From: a virus
Reading direction: 5' to 3' (one strand)
Length of the DNA stretch: 44,370 bases
IMG/VR virus record: IMGVR_UViG_3300045988_013117
Shown: piece by piece, positions 1 through 7,644 of the stretch
Position numbering within the stretch: position 1 is the first letter of the stretch
How the letters are laid out: every line of letters begins with the position of its first letter
Translations under genes and position numbers: made by a program
The notes under the pieces: generated by a model
The model's database searches: none
Seen by the model: only the letters and a program-made list of their open reading frames with translations
Told to the model about the DNA's origin: nothing

Positions 1-77
1 TCACGCCGCTTGGCGTATCGCTGGAAGGTCAGGATGTTTCTTTTGGTGAAAACCGGAACCGGGGTGGAAACGGGCGG
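1..77. repeat. Terminal overlap: identical copy of 44294..44370 (circular contig closure)
   Basis: Base-by-base comparison shows that the first 77 nt equal the last 77 nt. Confidence 0.95.
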
Positions 78-125
78 GGCCGCTTCCTGATCCGGGGTTT
101 TCTTCTTTCGTGTGGTGGTAGCCAT
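1..125 (-). CDS. 5' portion of a 73-aa ORF split by the linearisation point (small protein between tail terminator and sheath, XkzB position)
   Basis: The ATG at 125..123 directly follows the stop of the 126..560 gene. The frame continues across the junction into 44293..44197. Assembled product: MATTTRKKKTPDQEAAPPVSTPVPVFTKRNILTFQRYAKRRDLLSVLLEDGKEYTMEQVDSLLQNFFKKGKVN. Confidence 0.55.
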   Translation of the reverse strand, partial: MATTTRKKKTPDQEAAPPVSTPVPVFTKRNILTFQRYAKRR

Positions 126-560
126 TTATTCCCCTCCAATCGTTCCAACCTCGGTTTCCAAGGTTTCCATATAGGTTTCTTCCGTGGGCCGGATCATGGG
201 CAAGTTGTAGTTCACAAAGAAATGAAGAACATTGTCCACAACCTCATAGTTCACACTGGTTCCGTGAAGCTGATCCCCATTGGGAAGGGTAATGAAGTCC
301 AAAACTTCAATCAGCTTTTCAGCAACCGTGAACATTTCCGCATTATTGCCGGGGGCGCTGGGGAAATACTGAATGTCAAATGGGTTTCGCTTGATAAACC
401 GCCGCCCAAGCATGGGGGTAACTTCCGGTTGCAAAACGGCAATCAAAAAACAGGGTTCTTCCAAACCCTGTTCCACATCATTCTGAAAAATTTCATATTC
501 ATCCCCAAAGGCGGCATTCAGCGCCATTGAAATTCCTTTGATAATTTCATTAAGCATCAA
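126..560 (-). CDS. Tail terminator / tail completion-like protein (XkdJ/YqbJ position)
   Basis: A 144-aa ORF that is the last full-size gene of the connector block, separated from the sheath only by the 73-aa junction ORF. It overlaps the upstream gp10-like gene. The call rests on synteny. Confidence 0.5.
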   Translation of the reverse strand: MMLNEIIKGISMALNAAFGDEYEIFQNDVEQGLEEPCFLIAVLQPEVTPMLGRRFIKRNPFDIQYFPSAPGNNAEMFTVAEKLIEVLDFITLPNGDQLHGTSVNYEVVDNVLHFFVNYNLPMIRPTEETYMETLETEVGTIGGE

Positions 561-1032
561 AACACCCCTTCAGGAACTTATACAACTTCTTTTCCAGAAT
601 TTTTGGGGCTTGCTGTTCCAACTCTTGTGTGGAAATGGTCAGCATATAACGCCCCTTCACCCAATTCTTCTTCAGCACCATTCCGCCTTCAGCGTCAGGA
701 TCATAAACAAAGCGGTCACTTTCCCAATAACCGGGGATGAACCGTCCCGGCTGTTGCCGGTGGCCGTATTCGACATAAGACGCATACTGAAGGTTATTCA
801 GCACAACAACAGTGTAATGGGTTCCACGGTGGCCCACAGGCATTACCGCCCAAGCATCCCGCAAAGTCCCATATACAACCGGTGTCCGCTTCACAACCTT
901 GTTCAGCAAACGCCCCGCCAAGTCTTGGGCGGCTTGGCGGCAAAACCTATCCAAATCAGCCCCCATCAGCTTTTCCAGCCGTTCATTCAACTGTTCCATT
1001 TGGCGGAAATCGCATCTTCCCCATTTACCCAT
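550..1032 (-). CDS. HK97 gp10-family head-tail joining protein
   Basis: A 160-aa ORF. Its N-terminal region (RQMEQLNERLEKL...LAGRLLNKVVKRTPV..G.LR) resembles the gp10 family, and its position after the head-closure gene fits. Confidence 0.65.
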   Translation of the reverse strand: MGKWGRCDFRQMEQLNERLEKLMGADLDRFCRQAAQDLAGRLLNKVVKRTPVVYGTLRDAWAVMPVGHRGTHYTVVVLNNLQYASYVEYGHRQQPGRFIPGYWESDRFVYDPDAEGGMVLKKNWVKGRYMLTISTQELEQQAPKILEKKLYKFLKGCFDA

Positions 1033-1397
1033 CAGGCATACCCCTTGAACGGAACAAGCGGAATTTCTTGATGGTTGGTGAATACCCCCGCTTCACCGCT
1101 CTTGGAATAGGTGAATGTTCTTTCAAGGTCATTGAACCGTGTCACCACGATTTTACAACCAGCGGGGATTTTTACATCAGGGGAAATGAACAGCTTCACA
1201 GCTTGGGAAACTGCGGCCACGGGATCACCCGTGCTTGAAGTTAAGGTTTCAAAAGACAGTTTACAGGGTTGATCCTGAAGAAGCGGCTTTTCTTCAAAAT
1301 CAGTAAGGTGGGTGGTTGGATCGGTGACTTTCTCTTTTACAAAGATGGAACACCGATCCTTCCACAGCCGTTCAAGGGCTTTTCTGTGTGCGTTCAC
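1032..1397 (-). CDS. Head closure / head-tail adaptor protein
   Basis: A 121-aa ORF with size and position typical of a PBSX YqbH-like adaptor. Its start and stop overlap the flanking genes. Confidence 0.55.
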   Translation of the reverse strand: MNAHRKALERLWKDRCSIFVKEKVTDPTTHLTDFEEKPLLQDQPCKLSFETLTSSTGDPVAAVSQAVKLFISPDVKIPAGCKIVVTRFNDLERTFTYSKSGEAGVFTNHQEIPLVPFKGYA

Positions 1398-1774
1398 CAG
1401 ACAAGCCGCCTGAATCGGTAAAATTCACGGGTTCGGCCATTGATCAGATAAGAAATCAAGGCATCCAACCTCTGTTCAGGGGTTGAACTGCCATCACCAA
1501 TGGCAAAAACCGTGTTGGTATCGCCTTCCTGAATTTGTTTGATAGCCGCATCAAGATCAAACCCATCCAACTGCCCGGAAACTTTCTTCATGTTCAGGTA
1601 TTCGCCCACGGCCATATAAACGGCCACGCTTACCAGCCCTTCAGGAAGTTCACTTTGGTTGGTTTCATTCTGAACCCTATACTGAACATTGCGGATCACA
1701 ATATCAAGCAAGGGATCATCAGCGGCCCCCGTCACGCCAAGGGCCGCAAGCATAGAAACAACTTCTTCACGCAA
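1394..1774 (-). CDS. gp6-like head-tail connector protein
   Basis: A 126-aa ORF placed right after the capsid block, as expected for a connector. The true start may be internal. Confidence 0.5.
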   Translation of the reverse strand: MREEVVSMLAALGVTGAADDPLLDIVIRNVQYRVQNETNQSELPEGLVSVAVYMAVGEYLNMKKVSGQLDGFDLDAAIKQIQEGDTNTVFAIGDGSSTPEQRLDALISYLINGRTREFYRFRRLVW

Positions 1775-1791
1775 CGGGGATCACCGCCTTC

Positions 1792-2097
1792 TTAGTCATC
1801 GTTGCCGGTTTCCGCCGCCTGAATAGCGGCCAAAATGTCAGCCTTCTTGGTGGCTTCCCCAAGGTCAATGCCGTTGGTGGCGGCATATTCCTTCAGTTCA
1901 TCCACGGTCATTTTCTTCAGGGGGTCAGCCTGAACTTCCACCTGATCCGGCTCACCTTCCACGGTGTAGCCTTTGGCTCTCAAAATGTCAGCCTTGGCGG
2001 TGTCATTGGTATAGGCCACCCCCCGATTGAAGATAGCCACACATTCACCGTTGGCCCACACAGCGCCAAACTTCTGTTTACCGGTGATCTTATACAT
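1792..2097 (-). CDS. Small head-associated protein with a Rho-N/HeH-like C-terminal helix-hairpin (DELKEYAATNGIDLGEATKKADILAAIQ)
   Basis: A 101-aa ORF immediately downstream of the major capsid gene, carrying the quoted motif. Confidence 0.5.
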   Translation of the reverse strand: MYKITGKQKFGAVWANGECVAIFNRGVAYTNDTAKADILRAKGYTVEGEPDQVEVQADPLKKMTVDELKEYAATNGIDLGEATKKADILAAIQAAETGNDD

Positions 2098-2110
2098 GGG
2101 TCATACCTCC

Positions 2111-3088
2111 TTACGCCCGGCCAGTGTAATCAAGGCCGGTAATGGAACCGTGCAGGAAGGCGGGGCCGTGGTCAAGGCCGATTTCACCATAAATCTGCTT
2201 CTTTTCGGCGGCACCGGTCTTTGCCAAATCTTCAAGGAACAGCGTACCCTTGCCGGGAACATCCTGAAAGACAGGCGCACAGGCGGAAACATCAGCGATC
2301 AGAATACGATCATTGGGAACAAAGGGGTTGTAGGCAACGCCCATCTTGAAGAAGTCGGTTTCCAGTTCGGTGATGTTCATGCCGCCGATATTGCGGGAAG
2401 CGGGGGTGTTGTAGCCCAACTGCTTTTCATACAGGGCGGTGATTCTCTGCTTCTGATCAGAACCACAGAACAGAACCATGTTGCCGAACATGGCACCGGC
2501 ATCAGCCATAGCCTTGAACAACTGCTTCAGAAGGTCAACGGAAATGGCCGCATCACCAGCGGCAATGGTGGTGCCGGTGGAACACAGTTCAAACATACCA
2601 CGGGTTTTGTTGGCCTGATTGGAAGCGGTGGCCTTGTTGAAGGTGCCGTTCAGGAAGGTGAATTCCACATCACGGGCAATCTTCTTCAGGCGCTGGGCAA
2701 CCTGCCAATCCAGTTCAGAAGTGGGGTTGGCCGCCTGACCAGCGGTGTTCAGGCCGGACAGCTTGCCACGGTTCGCCATCTTTGCATAGGTGATGGTGAT
2801 AGCCTCGTGGAAGATTTGGGTCACATTGGTTTTCTGCTCACGAACCAGCGCAGTTGCGGCGGGGGCAGTTTCAGACGCATCTTCAGTGATAGCAGGCTGG
2901 GCCGCTTCAGGGAATTCATAGAGCTGACCGGTGGGGAACTCGTCATTTTCAGTTTTCATGCCACCGGACAAGCCGCCGATCATGGACAGGAAGGGGGTCT
3001 GCATGGGGGAAGCGGTGAACAGATCACCGGCAAAATTGGGAAGATTGAAAGTGTTACCAGTTCCAGTGATATTGACAGGCATAATCAA
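2111..3088 (-). CDS. Major capsid protein (HK97-fold, scaffold-dependent type)
   Basis: A 325-aa ORF following the scaffold gene. Composition and size are typical of a major capsid protein. Confidence 0.8.
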   Translation of the reverse strand: MIMPVNITGTGNTFNLPNFAGDLFTASPMQTPFLSMIGGLSGGMKTENDEFPTGQLYEFPEAAQPAITEDASETAPAATALVREQKTNVTQIFHEAITITYAKMANRGKLSGLNTAGQAANPTSELDWQVAQRLKKIARDVEFTFLNGTFNKATASNQANKTRGMFELCSTGTTIAAGDAAISVDLLKQLFKAMADAGAMFGNMVLFCGSDQKQRITALYEKQLGYNTPASRNIGGMNITELETDFFKMGVAYNPFVPNDRILIADVSACAPVFQDVPGKGTLFLEDLAKTGAAEKKQIYGEIGLDHGPAFLHGSITGLDYTGRA

Positions 3089-3118
3089 ACATCCTTTCTT
3101 GTGTCAAAATTTTTCAGA

Positions 3119-3775
3119 TTAGAAAAGCTGAATGCCTTCAGCGGCGGCTTCTCTCTTGATTGCCACAGCCAAGGCGGAATTTCCAGCTTTCCGGGCATCA
3201 GCCAGACGGGTTTCATAACCGCTGGTTTTGGGATCGGGTGGGGTGGTTACGCTTCCAGCGGGGGAAGTGCCGGAAACAGTGGGGGTGGTGTTGGTATCCG
3301 CCTTGAAAAGAAAGCTGGTGCCTTCACCCTTCACCAGCTTGCCGATTTCATCAGACAGGCCGGGAATGGTGCCATCATCAGAAACCGTGGCCTTCTCCAA
3401 AAATGCAGTCAGAAGGGGGCGAACCGTGGCCGGGTTGATTGCCTTGGCATCCTTCAGGGCGGAATCCACAGCGTTATCAATCTTCAGCTTCTTCAGTTCG
3501 GCATCATGCTTCTTCTGCTGATCGGTGTTGGCCGTTTGCAGTTCGGTGATTTGATTTTTCAGGGCTTCCACATCACCGGTGGACTTCTGAAGGGCTTCAA
3601 GCTGGGAATCCCGCTCCTTGATGGTGGCCTTTGCGGTCTGAAGTTCCGTGTTGACCTCATTAAACCGGGTCTTGGGAACAAAAGAACCGTTCAAGGCTTC
3701 CATCACCTTTGTTGCCTGATCTTCAGTCAAGCCCATAGCCATCAAACTTTCTTTGGTCATAGCAAATACCTCCAT
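3119..3775 (-). CDS. Scaffolding protein (GP20/DUF4355-like coiled coil)
   Basis: A 218-aa ORF rich in Glu/Lys/Ala coiled coil, lying between the MuF and capsid genes. Confidence 0.75.
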   Translation of the reverse strand: MEVFAMTKESLMAMGLTEDQATKVMEALNGSFVPKTRFNEVNTELQTAKATIKERDSQLEALQKSTGDVEALKNQITELQTANTDQQKKHDAELKKLKIDNAVDSALKDAKAINPATVRPLLTAFLEKATVSDDGTIPGLSDEIGKLVKGEGTSFLFKADTNTTPTVSGTSPAGSVTTPPDPKTSGYETRLADARKAGNSALAVAIKREAAAEGIQLF

Positions 3776-3864
3776 TACAAAATCCTTTTTTACCGTGGGT
3801 CAGGAACCACGATTTCCCCCGGCTCACTTTACCGCCCAAACCGGGAAAGGGGCGAATGGGTATG

Positions 3865-3895
3865 AAAAAACCACCACCGGCAACGCCGGGGGTGG
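3865..3895 (-). terminator. Rho-independent terminator (minus strand)
   Basis: The minus-strand RNA reads CCACCCCCGG-CGUUG-CCGGUGGUGG followed by UUUUUU. The stem is 9 bp with one mismatch. Confidence 0.65.
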
Positions 3896-3896
3896 C

Positions 3897-4049
3897 TCAT
3901 TCAACAATATTGTTTTGTTCATTCTCTTTCAGGCGCTTCATATAGGCTTCAAATTCTTCCACCACTTCCGGGGGTGCGCCTTCCTTCAGGTGCCAATTAT
4001 CAACTTCAGGCACAAACCATTCACTTGTGAAAAAATTGGGCATCGGCAT
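3897..4049 (-). CDS. Small 50-aa acidic protein, candidate partner/immunity protein of the upstream MuF-metallopeptidase
   Basis: This ORF is too short for the supplied ORF track. Its ATG at 4049 lies 1 nt after the MuF stop codon. Product: MPMPNFFTSEWFVPEVDNWHLKEGAPPEVVEEFEAYMKRLKENEQNNIVE. The terminator follows immediately. Confidence 0.45.
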   Translation of the reverse strand: MPMPNFFTSEWFVPEVDNWHLKEGAPPEVVEEFEAYMKRLKENEQNNIVE

Positions 4050-4050
4050 C

Positions 4051-5802
4051 TTATTTCATCCCCTTCATCAATTCCAAAAGCTGTTTACCAAATTCCACCG
4101 CAACGGGACGGGGGTTCTCACTATCCATCCATTCACAGAAGCATTCAGCAAACCATTCTTGGGCATCTTGGGTGGCGTAGCCGCTCACCGCTGTTCTGGT
4201 GTCGGAAACTTTCAACCCACAAGCCTTCATCACCTTGGGGCGAAGATAAGCGGAAACCTTCTTGGCTCTCCATCCATTCAATCCGGCCAACTGGTGGATC
4301 ACAGAAAGGTAATCATCCACCGCATGGCCCAATTCATGGGTGACGATGGAACCATAAGTGGTTCCCGCTGGGTGGAAACCGTGGGCCAAATCATTTGCAT
4401 AAAGTCTGGTCAATTTCTCCACATCGGAAAAATAGGAAGTGTTCACGGCAATTCCACCACGCCCCAAGCCATAAGAACATTGGGCATAAGTTCCACCGGC
4501 CAAGCGTTGGGCATTGATAGAATTCAGTTGCCCCCGCAATTCAGGAAGGCGGTTGAACACATTTTCATGGGCCTTGAAAATAGCCTTGGCGGTATCAACA
4601 TCACACCCTTGCAAAGAAAGAAGCTGGTTCCCATCAAATGGGCTTCCATCTGGAAGGGTAGTCTGATAAAACCACCCTTGTTCTTTCATTAAGGCTTCCA
4701 CTTCTTCAACTGTGGTGCATTCATCCACCGTTTTCATTATAGCGCCCATGGTGGCAACCGTCAAACCATCCTTCACGCCATCCACAAAAGCCTTCTTCCA
4801 TTGGGTAAAGGTCATGTTGGCGGGAACATAGTAAACTTCCCCATCAGCATTCCGGGCGGCTCTTTCGCCTTCCATATCGTCATAATAGGGGCAAGTGGTT
4901 CCCCGGCAATTCGGGTGGAAGGGGGGGACAGTCACACCGGGTTCATATTGGGAAAGTGGGATCACCTTTCCATCAAGGGGCTGACAGATAGGGCAAGTAC
5001 GGGAATCCAGCGTTTCCACAATTTCAATCTGTTCAACTCCCAAATCTTTATACATTTGGGTTTTGGAAACAGCATTGAAATAGGTGGTTTCTGTGTGAAC
5101 CAGCCGCCTTGCCTTGTAGCGGGAAGTTCCAAACTTCTTTTGAATGGCCGTGATAATCTTGGAAGGTGGATCACCCCGCAACATTCCTTGAATCAGTTCC
5201 TTGTTTACGGTGTCCACCAATTCCGCCTTATTCGTCCAACAGCGATCCCGGAAGGTCTTTCCGTCTGTTGTCCAAGGTTTTGAAAGCAATGTTTCAAGTT
5301 TCTTCTGGTTCAGGGCGGTGAAATCCCATCCAAGGCCAATTCCCTTCTGAACTTCAAAGGCTCCACGGGTGTACCCATTGGAAATCACATCCTTCAGAAG
5401 ATCATCAATCCCATCCACCTGATTTCCATACAGAAGTTCAATCTGTTGTTGAATCTGAAATTGGATAGCTTCAAGGCGGCTGACATGAAAACGGGTAGAA
5501 GCGTTTTCCAGCTTCTTGATCCATTCTTCTGAAAGGTTGGCTTTTTGTGCGGCCTTCACATACTGTTCCGCTGTCCACTTGAATTCTTCAAGCTGTCCGG
5601 CAGTCAGCATTTTCCGGGCTTCTGCCAAAGTAACATTGTTGTTGGTGGCAAAACGCTGATACCAACTTTCAATGTCCTTTTGAACTGTTTGTTCAGCTTC
5701 CCGGTAAATATCTTCAAGGCTCTGAAGGTATTCATCAGTTTGTTTGTGGGCCGCTTCTTCAAGAACGGAGAACCGGCCCCGCCAATAGTCAGCATTTTTC
5801 AC
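4051..5802 (-). CDS. Minor head protein (SPP1 gp7 / Mu F family) fused to a C-terminal HExxH zincin metallopeptidase-like domain
   Basis: The N-terminal ~310 aa carry the MuF hallmarks (TETTYFN..., DSRTCPICQPLDG, PPFHPNCRGT). The C-terminal part carries HELGH (4324..4338) and a downstream QEWFAECF, similar to the HEFGH...EFFAEAF arrangement of anthrax lethal-factor-like M34 peptidases as I recall it. Confidence 0.8.
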   Translation of the reverse strand: MKNADYWRGRFSVLEEAAHKQTDEYLQSLEDIYREAEQTVQKDIESWYQRFATNNNVTLAEARKMLTAGQLEEFKWTAEQYVKAAQKANLSEEWIKKLENASTRFHVSRLEAIQFQIQQQIELLYGNQVDGIDDLLKDVISNGYTRGAFEVQKGIGLGWDFTALNQKKLETLLSKPWTTDGKTFRDRCWTNKAELVDTVNKELIQGMLRGDPPSKIITAIQKKFGTSRYKARRLVHTETTYFNAVSKTQMYKDLGVEQIEIVETLDSRTCPICQPLDGKVIPLSQYEPGVTVPPFHPNCRGTTCPYYDDMEGERAARNADGEVYYVPANMTFTQWKKAFVDGVKDGLTVATMGAIMKTVDECTTVEEVEALMKEQGWFYQTTLPDGSPFDGNQLLSLQGCDVDTAKAIFKAHENVFNRLPELRGQLNSINAQRLAGGTYAQCSYGLGRGGIAVNTSYFSDVEKLTRLYANDLAHGFHPAGTTYGSIVTHELGHAVDDYLSVIHQLAGLNGWRAKKVSAYLRPKVMKACGLKVSDTRTAVSGYATQDAQEWFAECFCEWMDSENPRPVAVEFGKQLLELMKGMK

Positions 5803-5825
5803 GGGGTCACACTCCCTTCTTGGTA

Positions 5826-5900
5826 TGGCTGGGATGGTTGGAATCGAACCAACGGATCAGGGGGTCAAAACCCCTTGCCTTACCTCTTGGCTACACCCCA
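5826..5900 (-). tRNA. tRNA-Gln (anticodon UUG), CCA encoded
   Basis: Hand-folded cloverleaf: acceptor UGGGGUG/CAUCCCA, anticodon stem AGGGG/CCCCU with loop UUUUGAC, T arm GUUGG-UUCGAUU-CCAAC. It closely resembles bacterial tRNA-Gln. Confidence 0.9.
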
Positions 5901-5904
5901 ATAT

Positions 5905-5990
5905 TGGTGCTGAAGGTGGGATTTGAACCCACACGCCTTGCGGCAACGGATTTTGAATCCGCCGTGTCTGCCTATTCCATCCACTTCAGC
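5905..5990 (-). tRNA. tRNA-Leu (anticodon CAA), long variable arm, CCA encoded
   Basis: Acceptor GCUGAAG/CUUCAGC, anticodon stem GCGGA/UCCGU with loop UUCAAAA, a long extra arm (UGCCGCAAGGCGU), and T arm GUGGG-UUCAAAU-CCCAC. Confidence 0.9.
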
Positions 5991-5995
5991 GTAAA

Positions 5996-6070
5996 TGGTG
6001 ACGCATACGGGAATTGAACCCGTGTTACCGCCGTGAAAGGGCGGTGTCTTAACCTCTTGACCAATGCGCC
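5996..6070 (-). tRNA. tRNA-Glu (anticodon UUC), CCA encoded
   Basis: Acceptor GGCGCAU/AUGCGUC and anticodon stem CCGCC/GGCGG with loop CUUUCAC. The body is nearly identical to Bacillus-type tRNA-Glu as I recall it. Confidence 0.9.
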
Positions 6071-6073
6071 ATG

Positions 6074-6151
6074 TGGTGCCGGGGAAGGGAATTGCACCCT
6101 TGACCGGGGGAAGGAGGTGAACCCCCGGCCCCGCCCCATTATTGCCCCGGC
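6074..6151 (-). ncRNA. Non-canonical tRNA-like RNA, fourth member of the array; its 11-nt loop contains the anti-SD sequence CACCUCCUU
   Basis: A 78-nt element with acceptor GCCGGGG/CCCCGGC, discriminator A, encoded CCA, and T-like arm AAGGG-UGCAAUU-CCCUU. There is no foldable D arm. The anticodon arm is replaced by a 9-bp GC helix (GGCCGGGGG/CCCCCGGUC) capped by UUCACCUCCUU. Confidence 0.45.
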
Positions 6152-6168
6152 ATATAGGAAGGCGGGGA

Positions 6169-7644
6169 TTATTCTTCCCCGCCTTCAGGATCATTGTTTT
6201 TGGGTACATTCCCAAAGGCTCCGGCATATTCATCAACGGCTTCTTGCTTTTCCTTCTGAAGCCGTTCCAATTCCTTCTTCACATCGGTTGTCCACGGGTG
6301 CTGTCCAACAATGGTTTCATTGGACAGAATACCAACAGAAGAAGCGCAATTTGCGATTGCTTCAGATTCATTGATCAGAATATCCCGGTTGAAGATCACA
6401 GTAACTTCTTCATTCTCAAAGTCACCTTCACCTTTCGTTTTCATATCTTGGTTGATGAACCAAAGAAGCTGTTCAAAAGCCGCTTGAAATTCCGTTTCCA
6501 TGCCGTTTGCATCAAGGTCAATGTCAGAATACATGGATTGGATGTTCATTTGATTGGGGTTCCCGCTCATACGATCATCCTTGGCATCATAGCCACGGGC
6601 GTTTTCAATCAAGGCTTTCTTGAACACTTCCAAAATGGCTTTGTAGTTTTCAGAATTGACTTCCACGGTCAGGGTTTCAACCCCGCCATCATCCCGAACT
6701 TTCACGGCTCCAAAAGCGGCCAGATTGTGCCGGAACTCCCCAAGGTTTTCACCATCGTAATTCTTCAGAATCAAAATGGTGTTCCGTGCGTCCTCTTGCA
6801 TATTGTTTTCAAAGTCGGAAAGCATGGTGTTAATGCCATCCTGAAGGGATTTCACCCGCATGATCAGCGGGGTTTCCTGTTTGTTGTACTTGAACGGGAT
6901 CAGGGGAAAGCGATCCCAAGCATAGGCTTCCGGGCCATCCTTGCCTTGAACCGTGATATAGGGGGCATAATCTCCAAGTTCAACATCAGGAATCAGGGTT
7001 GAACCATCAAGCACATAACGGTAAATCCCATCAGGCTTGTAAAGTTCCACCCGTTCAACCAACTTCTTTGTGATCCCGTCCCAAACTTCCTGAAGGTACA
7101 ATCTTGCGGCGGCATCCAGCTTGGTATGATCATCGTCAGCCCAAAACGGCAAAACCTGATAGGCCGGGAAGCGCCGGAAAGAAAGAACGCCTTTTTCATC
7201 GTAATAGATGAACAACCAGCAAAGCCCACCATTGAAGGCATCTTCACCAAGGTATTTCAGGGTTCTTTGAAAGGCGGAATTGAACCGTTTCTTCAGCAAG
7301 GCCGAATAGGTATTATTTTCACAGTCAAAAGTAACCGGCTTACCCAAAAGATAGTTGGTTTTCTGATCCACCATCTTTGCATACTGGTTATCAATCACCT
7401 TGTTATTGGGAAGGTTGTCAACCACTTGCAACTTCCCATCAGGCCCAATGGCCGTTCTTTTCCGGTCAAGAATATCATGCTTTCCATCATAGTAGCGATC
7501 ACCGGTGATTTGGGCCATCCGTTCCGGTGACTTCTTCCAAGCGGCAATTTCCCGGCCAAAGAATTCAAGTTCCGTCAGGCCACGGCCAGCCCCTTCTTCA
7601 ATCAGGCGATTGATCCGGGCGGTTTCAGTATTCAGAAATAGCAT
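6169..7644 (-). CDS. Portal protein (SPP1 gp6-like)
   Basis: A 491-aa ORF between terL and the MuF gene, with a typical N-terminal region and acidic C-terminus. A GGAAGGTGA SD precedes the ATG. Confidence 0.9.
   Translation of the reverse strand: MLFLNTETARINRLIEEGAGRGLTELEFFGREIAAWKKSPERMAQITGDRYYDGKHDILDRKRTAIGPDGKLQVVDNLPNNKVIDNQYAKMVDQKTNYLLGKPVTFDCENNTYSALLKKRFNSAFQRTLKYLGEDAFNGGLCWLFIYYDEKGVLSFRRFPAYQVLPFWADDDHTKLDAAARLYLQEVWDGITKKLVERVELYKPDGIYRYVLDGSTLIPDVELGDYAPYITVQGKDGPEAYAWDRFPLIPFKYNKQETPLIMRVKSLQDGINTMLSDFENNMQEDARNTILILKNYDGENLGEFRHNLAAFGAVKVRDDGGVETLTVEVNSENYKAILEVFKKALIENARGYDAKDDRMSGNPNQMNIQSMYSDIDLDANGMETEFQAAFEQLLWFINQDMKTKGEGDFENEEVTVIFNRDILINESEAIANCASSVGILSNETIVGQHPWTTDVKKELERLQKEKQEAVDEYAGAFGNVPKNNDPEGGEE

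Noticed and set aside
2027-3865. A 612-aa plus-strand ORF. Similar long plus-strand ORFs are at 33322..35331 (669 aa), 42795..44219 (474 aa), 13605..14987 (460 aa), 35849..37033, 17758..18807, 8058..9101 and elsewhere.
   Set aside because: These ORFs lie antisense to well-supported minus-strand genes (capsid/scaffold, tail fibre, sheath, primase, baseplate J, nuclease, terL). Their translations are Gly/low-complexity rich and carry no motifs or SD sequences. They are shadow ORFs, plausibly produced by codon bias on the sense strand.
6111-6120. A perfect plus-strand SD, AAGGAGGTGA, suggesting a plus-strand gene.
   Set aside because: No ATG, GTG or TTG lies at a suitable distance. The nearest plus-strand ORF (6142..7002) is antisense to the portal gene and is low complexity. 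The motif is better explained as the complement of the loop of the minus-strand tRNA-like RNA.
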